11,102 nt of DNA. It comes from Pseudomonadota bacterium (GTDB taxonomy: Bacteria; Pseudomonadota; Gammaproteobacteria; Steroidobacterales; JBCCFQ01). The notes under the pieces were generated by a model that was given only the letters and a program-made list of their open reading frames with translations, searched no databases and had not been told where the DNA came from. Of the stretch, positions 1-4,340 are shown in pieces (positions within the stretch are counted from its first letter, which is position 1; every line of letters starts with the position of its first letter). Location: NCBI GenBank assembly GCA_039029655.1, contig JBCCFQ010000052.1, positions 1-11,102 of the forward strand, given 5' to 3'. The translations under genes and the position numbers were made by a program.

Positions 1-105
1 CTGGGGTGTTGGCGTGCAGCCAACATCCTGGCTTTCAGTTTAGTAGCCGGCGGGCGAACGACATACGGCAGGCGGCTGTAATTCTCACGGCCGCTTGCCA
101 CCTTC

Positions 106-180
106 GCTGCGGTAGCTCAATGACAGAGCATCGGATTGTCGATCCGAAAGATGTCGGTTCAAGTCCGATCCGCAGCGCCA
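106..180 (+). tRNA. tRNA-Asp (anticodon GTC), CCA encoded
   Basis: Folded by eye. The 7-bp acceptor GCTGCGG/CCGCAGC is perfect. D-stem is GCTC/GAGC. Anticodon stem TCGGA/TCCGA carries loop TTGTCGA. T-arm has a TTCAAGT loop. Discriminator G is followed by CCA. Confidence 0.85.
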
Positions 181-189
181 CACTTTTTT

Positions 190-265
190 GATCCGGTGGG
201 CGAATGGTTAAGCCACGAGGCCTTCAACCTCGTAATTGCAGGTTCAAATCCTGTTCGGATCGCCA
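190..265 (+). tRNA. tRNA-Glu (anticodon TTC), CCA encoded
   Basis: Acceptor GATCCGG/TCGGATC pairs with one G-T wobble. Anticodon stem CGAGG/CCTCG carries loop CCTTCAA. T-arm is GCAGG-TTCAAAT-CCTGT. Discriminator G is followed by CCA. Confidence 0.8.
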
Positions 266-291
266 CTTCAACTTGTCTTATGGAGGACATA

Positions 292-515
292 TGAACATCA
301 AAGATATTGTGAAACACAACACCGTTCGATTCGTTCGTTATCGCCAAGGAATCGCATACTACGGTGTCGACGTACCCAGCCAAGGCGCTTATGTATTTCC
401 AGTGCCACTAGAGGATATTGGCAGCGCCACCTTGGAACTAGAGGATAAAGCCATTCTGTTTATGCGTTATATCAAACGCGCACTGAGTGAAGGTTCGTTT
501 GTTCCGCTAACGTAA
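292..515 (+). CDS. hypothetical small protein (74 aa) embedded in the tRNA array
   Basis: ATG at 292 sits 5 nt after a strong Shine-Dalgarno GGAGGA (283-288). The ORF runs to TAA at 515 and ends 10 nt before tRNA-Ile. The upstream part of the tracked ORF 204..515 overlaps tRNA-Glu and is not credible. I recognise no homolog. Confidence 0.5.
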
Positions 516-525
516 GGTACCTTGT

Positions 526-601
526 AGACCGGTAGCTCAGCGAGTAGAGCGTGCGACTGATAATCGCGAGGTCGGCTGTGCAACTCAGCCTCGGTCTACC
601 A
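526..601 (+). tRNA. tRNA-Ile (anticodon GAT), CCA encoded
   Basis: Acceptor AGACCGG/TCGGTCT pairs fully. D-stem is GCTC/GAGC. Anticodon stem TGCGA/TCGCG carries loop CTGATAA, identical to E. coli tRNA-Ile. T-arm is GGCTG-TGCAACT-CAGCC. Discriminator A is followed by CCA. Confidence 0.8.
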
Positions 602-607
602 TTTTTT

Positions 608-685
608 CTGGGAGTAGCTCAGCTTGGTCAGAGTACTCGGTTTGGATCCGAGGGGTCGCTAGTTCGAATCTAGCCTTCCAGACCA
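608..685 (+). tRNA. tRNA-Pro (anticodon TGG), CCA encoded
   Basis: Acceptor CTGGGAG/CTTCCAG pairs fully. D-arm is GCTC...GAGT. Anticodon stem CTCGG/CCGAG carries loop TTTGGAT. T-arm is GCTAG-TTCGAAT-CTAGC. Discriminator A is followed by CCA. Confidence 0.85.
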
Positions 686-694
686 CACACTTTT

Positions 695-782
695 GGAGAC
701 TCGCAAGGTTGGCGTGCTTAGCCGGTTTGAACCCGGTGATGTCTTAACGGATGTGGGAGTTCGATCCTCTCAGTCTCCGCCA
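695..782 (+). tRNA. tRNA-Ser (anticodon TGA), type II with long variable arm, CCA encoded
   Basis: The gene is 88 nt. Acceptor GGAGACT/AGTCTCC is perfect. Anticodon stem GCCGG/CCGGT carries loop TTTGAAC. T-arm is GGGAG-TTCGATC-CTCTC. A ~17-nt variable region is present. I could not resolve the D-arm and variable-arm pairing by eye. Confidence 0.7.
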
Positions 783-789
783 AAACTAT

Positions 790-866
790 GGTGTTCGTAG
801 CTTAATTGGCAAAGCCCCAGTCTGTGAAGCTGGCAAATGTCGGTTCAAATCCGTCCGTTCACCCCA
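790..866 (+). tRNA. tRNA-His (anticodon GTG) with extra 5' G(-1); acceptor stem carries two T-T mismatches
   Basis: D-arm is GCTT-AATTGGCA-AAGC. Anticodon stem CCAGT/GCTGG carries loop CTGTGAA. The 3' end ACC-CCA and a G at -1 match the His tRNA pattern. Acceptor GTGTTCG/CGTTCAC has two T-T mispairs and the T-stem has one mismatch. The gene may be degenerate. Confidence 0.55.
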
Positions 867-874
867 ATTCACTA

Positions 875-962
875 GGAGAAGTGGCCGAGTGGCTAAAGGC
901 GCTCGTTTGCTAAACGAGAGAGGCATAGTCTCACCCAAGTTCGAATCTTGGCTTCTCCGCCA
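875..962 (+). tRNA. tRNA-Ser (anticodon GCT), type II, CCA encoded
   Basis: The gene is 88 nt. Acceptor GGAGAAG/CTTCTCC is perfect. D-stem is GCC/GGC. Anticodon stem CTCGT/ACGAG carries loop TTGCTAA. A long variable arm is present. T-arm is CCAAG-TTCGAAT-CTTGG. Discriminator G is followed by CCA. Confidence 0.85.
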
Positions 963-968
963 ACTTCA

Positions 969-1046
969 CTGTCCGTAGCTCAGTTGGATCAGAGCAGCTG
1001 GTTTCGACCCAGCCGGTCGGGAGTTCGAGTCTCTCCGGGCAGTCCA
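969..1046 (+). tRNA. tRNA-Arg (anticodon TCG), CCA encoded
   Basis: Acceptor CTGTCCG/CGGGCAG pairs with one wobble. D-stem is GCTC/GAGC. Anticodon stem GCTGG/CCAGC carries loop TTTCGAC. T-arm is GGGAG-TTCGAGT-CTCTC. Discriminator T is followed by CCA. Confidence 0.85.
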
Positions 1047-1054
1047 TTCAAAAT

Positions 1055-1130
1055 GCGGGCATAGCTCAATTGGCAGAGCACGACGGCGCCACCGTCGGGG
1101 TTGTGGTCTCAGCCTCCACTGCCCGCACCA
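1055..1130 (+). tRNA. tRNA-Gly (anticodon GCC), non-canonical T-loop and C33
   Basis: Acceptor GCGGGCA/TGCCCGC is perfect. D-stem is GCTC/GAGC. Anticodon stem CGACG/CGTCG carries loop GCGCCAC, with C at position 33 instead of U. The T-arm region GTGGT-CTCAGCC-TCCAC lacks the TTC motif. Discriminator A is followed by CCA. Confidence 0.55.
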
Positions 1131-1135
1131 ACTAC

Positions 1136-1206
1136 AGAGAGGGAGGTGGTCTCAGACAGGGCTCATAACCCCGTTTTCGCTGGTTCGAATCCAGCCCTCT
1201 CAACCA
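1136..1206 (+). tRNA. tRNA-Met-like (anticodon CAT) with initiator-type anticodon stem and truncated D-arm; possibly degenerate
   Basis: The anticodon arm GGGCTCATAACCC is identical to the E. coli initiator tRNA-fMet anticodon stem-loop, with its three G-C pairs. T-arm GCTGG-TTCGAAT-CCAGC is perfect. The acceptor shows 6/7 pairs with an A1-A72 mismatch and an ACCA end. Only 14 nt lie between the acceptor and the anticodon stem, so a normal D-arm is absent. A GTC-TCA-GAC mini-hairpin sits there instead. Confidence 0.4.
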
Positions 1207-1209
1207 GAT

Positions 1210-1286
1210 TGTCTGATAGCTCAGTTGGTCAGAGCGCTGCTTTTACACAGCAGAGGTCGTCGGTTCGAATCCGACTCGGACAACCA
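1210..1286 (+). tRNA. tRNA-Val (anticodon TAC), CCA encoded
   Basis: Acceptor TGTCTGA/TCGGACA pairs with one wobble. D-stem is GCTC/GAGC. Anticodon stem CTGCT/AGCAG carries loop TTTACAC. T-arm is GTCGG-TTCGAAT-CCGAC. Discriminator A is followed by CCA. Confidence 0.85.
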
Positions 1287-1394
1287 ATGTTGAGATGTTC
1301 ATAGCGTTCAGCGGTTCGGGTTCGGATCCCGTCTGGCGCACTTACGCTGTCATTGTACGGTGTGTACCGAACGCCCTTCACACTCAACCGCCAA

Positions 1395-1467
1395 TGGAAA
1401 TTAGCTCAGTTGGTTAGAGCATCAGACTGAAATTCTGAAGTCGCCAGTTCGATTCTGGCATTTCCCA
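1395..1467 (+). tRNA. tRNA-Phe (anticodon GAA), no encoded CCA
   Basis: D-arm is GCTC-AGTTGGTTA-GAGC. Anticodon stem TCAGA/TCTGA carries loop CTGAAAT. T-arm is GCCAG-TTCGATT-CTGGC. Acceptor GGAAAT/ATTTCC has a T-C mismatch at the 1:72 position. Discriminator A is followed by ACA rather than CCA. Confidence 0.65.
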
Positions 1468-1838
1468 ACAATGTCCTTCCAAGGCATCTAGGTAAAGGCC
1501 AAAAGCCTGCGGTTCAAATCCGCCCTTAGGCGAGGGTATCGCCCCATCCGCACTCACCGTCGGCTGACACCGAATTGGCTCAGCCAGTTTGGTGGTGGCA
1601 GGCAACTGACCGCCGATGGGTGTGTTGTCGTGTTGATCCGGTGGCTTGTCCTTCGAAGTTCCGTCCGAAGTTTGTTCATGAGACTCAGTCTCAAAAAACC
1701 TAGGACCAAGCTTTGGAAGCACGAACCGCCCGATCATCCGACACCATTTGTCCGCTGTCACTTGTGACGGTGAGTGCTCCATTTTCAAAACAGTTTCAAA
1801 CCAATCAGTCTTCAACCAAAAAAGGAGGTGATCCAATC

Positions 1839-3125
1839 ATGGCTGGTCTTAGGCGACTAGCAGAACTTGAGCGACAAATAACGGCGCGACGGACCAGCCA
1901 ATCTTTGGCATTGGGCCCATCTAGCCCAAGCCCTCACAAACGCCCGTCCCAGGACGGAATATCAAATCACGAAGGAGAACGCAGTATGTTCTATCAAAAA
2001 TTCATCGTGCGTAAGCACGAACGCGGTCTCCTGTTTAAGGACGGAGACTTCATCAAATTTCTTGAACCAGGTACGTATCGTTACATTGGTTTGGGTAATC
2101 GTTACAACGTCGAACGCTACGACCTTTCCGTTGCCGCGTTTGAACACCGCTTGAAGGATTTCTTGATTCAAGCGGAACGTGACGAAATCGATCGCTTGTT
2201 CACTCTGGTTGAAACACGCAGCGAGGAAGTTGCGTTGGTGTACCTGAATGAGCGTGTTGCCACGGTACTGGCCCCGGCAGAGCGCAAGCTTTACTGGAAG
2301 GGTGTAGTGAATGTGCGTGTTGAGCGCTTTGACCTCAATGAGGGCATTGCTTTGAACGCCCGTTTGACCAAACACCTTATCAATGGTCGAGACGCGAAGG
2401 TGTTGTCGACTGCTGAAAAGGCGATCTACGCCCGTATCGTTCCTGAAGGTCATGTGGGTTTGCTTTATGTGGACGGTGAGCTTGCCGAAACGCTACAAGC
2501 CGGCCTACACGCTTACTGGAACGTAGCCCACACGGTTAGCGTGGAACTGGTGGATCTTCGTGTCAAAGCGTTGGAAGTTCAAGGTCAAGAAATCTTGACC
2601 AAAGATAAGGTGGCGCTACGTATTAACGTTACTGCGACCTACCAATACTTGGACGCTGCAAAAGCACTACGTGCTGTGAAAGATCCACTGGATCAACTGT
2701 ATAAGGAAATTCAGTTCGGCCTTCGTGCAGCCGTTGGCACCCGTAAGCTGGACGCATTGCTTGAGGACAAAACAGCGATTGACCACGACATCGCTGAACA
2801 CCTGGGTAAGCGTTTCGCTGATATCGGCATCAGCGTTAAGAGCGTGGGTGTCAAAGACATCATCCTACCTGGTGATATGAAGGATCTTCTGGGTAAGGTG
2901 GTGGAAGCCGAAAAAGCGGCACAAGCGAATGTTATTCGTCGCCGCGAAGAAACCAATGCGACTCGTTCATTGCTAAACACCGCGAAAGTGATGGAAAGCA
3001 ACACAGTTGCATTGCGTCTAAAAGAGCTAGAGACCCTAGAAAAGGTTACCGAAAACGTAGGCAACCTATCTGTCGTGGGTGGTCTCGACGCTTTGCTGGA
3101 TGGACTGGTTAAGATTAAGCAGTAG
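1839..3125 (+). CDS. SPFH/band-7 domain protein (stomatin/slipin/HflKC-like membrane-associated protein)
   Basis: The ORF is long and has no competing frames. ATG at 1839 is preceded by AAAGGAGGTGA with 9-nt spacing. An alternative start at ATG 1986 also has a good RBS (GAAGGAGA) and would drop a low-complexity Pro/Ser-rich N-terminal extension. After residue ~50 the product shows a typical slipin N-terminus (FIVRKHERGLLFKDGDFIKFLEPGTYRY). The C-terminal half is a coiled-coil Ala/Glu/Lys-rich region typical of band-7 proteins. Stop is TAG at 3125. Confidence 0.88.
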   Translation: MAGLRRLAELERQITARRTSQSLALGPSSPSPHKRPSQDGISNHEGERSMFYQKFIVRKHERGLLFKDGDFIKFLEPGTYRYIGLGNRYNVERYDLSVAAFEHRLKDFLIQAERDEIDRLFTLVETRSEEVALVYLNERVATVLAPAERKLYWKGVVNVRVERFDLNEGIALNARLTKHLINGRDAKVLSTAEKAIYARIVPEGHVGLLYVDGELAETLQAGLHAYWNVAHTVSVELVDLRVKALEVQGQEILTKDKVALRINVTATYQYLDAAKALRAVKDPLDQLYKEIQFGLRAAVGTRKLDALLEDKTAIDHDIAEHLGKRFADIGISVKSVGVKDIILPGDMKDLLGKVVEAEKAAQANVIRRREETNATRSLLNTAKVMESNTVALRLKELETLEKVTENVGNLSVVGGLDALLDGLVKIKQ

Positions 3126-3136
3126 TTCAGCCCATG

Positions 3137-3174
3137 GAGGGTGTGCAACGCACCCTCCAACTTTCAAATTTTTC
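3137..3174 (+). terminator. probable rho-independent terminator after the SPFH gene
   Basis: A GC-rich hairpin GGAGGGTG-(TGCAACG)-CACCCTCC with an 8-9 bp stem is followed by a T-rich tract (CTTTCAAATTTTT). The T-run lies a little far from the stem, so confidence is moderate. Confidence 0.5.
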
Positions 3175-3175
3175 G

Positions 3176-3252
3176 ACGGCTGTAGCTCAGTGGATAGGAG
3201 CGCGACATTGCGAAAGTCGAGGTCACAAGTTCAACTCTTGTCAGCCGTACCA
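3176..3252 (+). tRNA. tRNA-Arg-like (anticodon probably GCG); A-A mismatch closes anticodon stem
   Basis: Acceptor ACGGCTG/CAGCCGT is perfect. D-stem is GCTC/GAGC. T-arm is ACAAG-TTCAACT-CTTGT. Discriminator A is followed by CCA. The anticodon stem CGAC(A)/(A)GTCG has an A-A mismatch next to the loop. This gives an effective 9-nt loop ATTGCGAAA, so the anticodon assignment (GCG) is tentative. Confidence 0.6.
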
Positions 3253-3259
3253 ATTCAAT

Positions 3260-3333
3260 TCGGTGCTGGTCTAAAGGCAGGACGCGAGACTTTGATTCTC
3301 GAGGTCGTGGTTCGAGTCCACGGCGCCGATCCA
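3260..3333 (+). tRNA. tRNA-Gln (anticodon TTG), CCA encoded
   Basis: Acceptor TCGGTGC/GCGCCGA pairs with one wobble. D-stem is GTCT/GGAC. Anticodon stem CGAGA/TCTCG carries loop CTTTGAT. T-arm is CGTGG-TTCGAGT-CCACG. Discriminator T is followed by CCA. Confidence 0.8.
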
Positions 3334-3351
3334 AATACGGGTCCAACTATT

Positions 3352-3484
3352 GGTGCCGTGGATCTCGATACTCAGCGATGTACTAAAGATCAATCCGCAC
3401 CTACCGTCCACAAAACAGATGCCATGCGGGCGGATTGGGTTGCAACCCTTGTTTAACTCAGTTCAATTCTGAGCGGCATCTCCA
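3352..3484 (+). tRNA. candidate interrupted tRNA (133 nt) carrying a ~58-nt insert; isotype undetermined
   Basis: The 3' part is a textbook tRNA end: T-arm CTCAG-TTCAATT-CTGAG, acceptor strand CGGCATC, discriminator T, CCA. The only upstream 7-mer that pairs 7/7 with this acceptor strand is GGTGCCG at 3352-3358, which includes one G-T. It is followed by a TG at positions 8 and 9. The conserved repeat element (3382-3439) lies between these ends. Removing it leaves 30+45=75 nt. I could not fold a canonical D-arm or anticodon arm by eye, so the call is tentative. Confidence 0.4.
3382..3439 (+). repeat. copy 1 of a repeated ~58-60-nt structured element (ACTAAAGATCAATCCGCACC ... GCGGGCGGATTGGG)
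   Basis: The 20-nt 5' block and 14-nt 3' block are identical to copy 2. An internal 8-bp inverted repeat CAATCCGC/GCGGATTG is separated by a ~30-nt partially conserved spacer (ACAAAA...ATG). Confidence 0.65.
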
Positions 3485-3486
3485 AC

Positions 3487-3562
3487 ACCCTCGTAGCTCA
3501 ATTGTCAGAGCACCGGGTTTTTACCCCGGTGGTTGTAAGTTCGAATCTTACCGGGGGTACCA
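3487..3562 (+). tRNA. tRNA-Lys (anticodon TTT), CCA encoded
   Basis: Acceptor ACCCTCG/CGGGGGT pairs with one wobble. D-arm is GCTC-AATTGTCA-GAGC. Anticodon stem CCGGG/CCCGG carries loop TTTTTAC. T-arm is GTAAG-TTCGAAT-CTTAC. Discriminator A is followed by CCA. Confidence 0.85.
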
Positions 3563-3601
3563 ATTCTCGTTGTCGCAAGGATTTAACGACTTATCTAATT
3601 C

Positions 3602-3655
3602 ACCCTTATAGCTCAATGGACGAGAGCGCCGAGTTTCTTGGCAAGGTTCTCGGCT
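3602..3655 (+). pseudogene. tRNA-like 5' fragment (acceptor strand + canonical D-arm + aberrant anticodon-like arm) with no matching 3' half
   Basis: ACCCTTA-TA-GCTC-AATGGACGA-GAGC is a canonical 5' acceptor strand and D-arm. It is followed by a 6-bp stem GCCGAG/CTCGGC enclosing a 15-16 nt loop instead of a 7-nt anticodon loop. No downstream T-arm or acceptor strand pairs with it. The repeat element copy 2 follows. Confidence 0.3.
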
Positions 3656-3677
3656 CATCAATCTTTTTTGAAGAAGC

Positions 3678-3737
3678 ACTAAAGATCAATCCGCACCCAG
3701 TGTTATGGAACAAAAATGACAAGGCGGGCGGATTGGG
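3678..3737 (+). repeat. copy 2 of the repeated ~58-60-nt structured element
   Basis: It shares ACTAAAGATCAATCCGCACC (3678-3697) and GCGGGCGGATTGGG (3724-3737) with copy 1. It has the same internal inverted repeat CAATCCGC/GCGGATTG. Confidence 0.65.
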
Positions 3738-3745
3738 GTACCAAC

Positions 3746-3822
3746 GCGGATCTGAAGGGAATGGCATACCTCGGTGGTTTAAACCCATTGGCTTCCCAGT
3801 TCGAATCTGGGGGTCCGCACCA
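3746..3822 (+). tRNA. non-canonical type-I tRNA with Leu anticodon TAA (short variable arm, 3-bp D-stem), CCA encoded
   Basis: Acceptor GCGGATC/GGTCCGC pairs with one wobble. T-arm CCCAG-TTCGAAT-CTGGG is perfect. Discriminator A is followed by CCA. Anticodon stem GGTGG/CCATT has two G-T pairs and carries loop TTTAAAC. The variable region is only 5 nt, although Leu tRNAs in bacteria and phages are normally type II. The gene shares the 5' motif CTGAAGGGAA..GCATACCT with the tRNA at 3947. Confidence 0.55.
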
Positions 3823-3824
3823 AA

Positions 3825-3904
3825 GCGCAGCTGACGGAAATTGGAAAAGCCTTTAGTACCTAAAACCTACTCGTTTCCGCGTTCGAATCGCGGGCTGCGC
3901 ACCA
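3825..3904 (+). tRNA. tRNA-like gene with perfect acceptor and T-arm but non-canonical D/anticodon arms (anticodon arm = 4-bp stem + 9-nt loop CCTAAAACC)
   Basis: Acceptor GCGCAGC/GCTGCGC is perfect. T-arm CCGCG-TTCGAAT-CGCGG is perfect. Discriminator A is followed by CCA. Only AGTA/TACT can close an anticodon-like loop, and that loop is 9 nt. I found no clean D-stem. Confidence 0.45.
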
Positions 3905-3946
3905 TTTTCAAATCGATACCCCACCAGGTTGCGGGTAACTCATCTT

Positions 3947-4024
3947 GGCCGTCTGAAGGGAACAGGCATACCTACCTGTCTTAGAAACGGGTGTTTCTCG
4001 GTTCGACTCCGAGGGCGGCTACCA
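3947..4024 (+). tRNA. non-canonical type-I tRNA with Leu anticodon TAG (short variable arm, 3-bp D-stem), CCA encoded
   Basis: Acceptor GGCCGTC/GGCGGCT pairs with two wobbles. T-arm CTCGG-TTCGACT-CCGAG is perfect. Discriminator A is followed by CCA. Anticodon stem CCTGT/ACGGG carries loop CTTAGAA. The variable region is 5 nt. The gene is a paralog of the tRNA at 3746. Confidence 0.55.
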
Positions 4025-4340
4025 AATTAGGGCACGTTGGCAAATGGACGCCGCCACTGAAAACGTTTAGTTGATAGTGGTCCGGATAAAACCGGTCTTG
4101 TTCTTAAGTAAATGCGAGAGCACGGTTGAAGATGGCAGGCGACTGCTCTGGGTAAAGGTTACTCGCTGGCGCCCGTTTCCAATCTCGCATTCTGCCGGTA
4201 GTAATGCATCGGTTACAGCGGTATGCGGGTTCGCCTGCGATGTGCAGGGATGCACAAGTGTCGCGTAGGACAGGATGTCCGAGAGCGACCCGTCTCCACC
4301 AAAATCTTACACAATCCACATGTTTTCCGGGGAAAGAAAA

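Noticed and set aside
73-100. GCCA at 97-100 as a possible upstream tRNA 3' end
   Set aside because: No T-arm or acceptor pairing can be built upstream of it.
6-191. 61-aa ORF at the window start
   Set aside because: It runs through tRNA-Asp (106-180), has no RBS and is not credible as coding.
159-383. 74-aa minus-strand ORF
   Set aside because: It is antisense to tRNA-Asp, tRNA-Glu and the start of the small plus-strand CDS. It is a tRNA-cluster artefact.
751-978. 75-aa ORF
   Set aside because: It lies entirely within tRNA-Ser, tRNA-His and tRNA-Ser(GCT). Structured-RNA regions often give spurious ORFs.
1101-1304. 67-aa ORF
   Set aside because: It overlaps tRNA-Gly, the Met-like tRNA and tRNA-Val.
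1679-1700. hairpin GAGAC-TCA-GTCTC followed by AAAAAA
   Set aside because: On the plus strand the run is A not T. On the minus strand the T-run precedes the hairpin. It is not a terminator in either orientation.
1414-1836. 140-aa minus-strand ORF
   Set aside because: It overlaps tRNA-Phe on the opposite strand and the leader of the SPFH gene. It has no RBS and a low-complexity translation.
1962-2453. 163-aa minus-strand ORF (and 2711..3160 minus)
   Set aside because: Both are fully antisense to the well-supported SPFH/band-7 gene. They are shadow ORFs.
3079-3456. 125-aa ORF (and 3502..3834, 110 aa)
   Set aside because: Both run across tRNA-Arg, tRNA-Gln and the repeat element, or across tRNA-Lys and the Leu-like tRNA. 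The translations have no protein-like character.
3733-3743. possible 3' acceptor strand TTGGGGT+A+CCA pairing 6/7 with the 5' fragment at 3602-3608
   Set aside because: No T-arm can be formed immediately upstream of it. The equivalent position in copy 1 has no CCA. It is probably coincidental.
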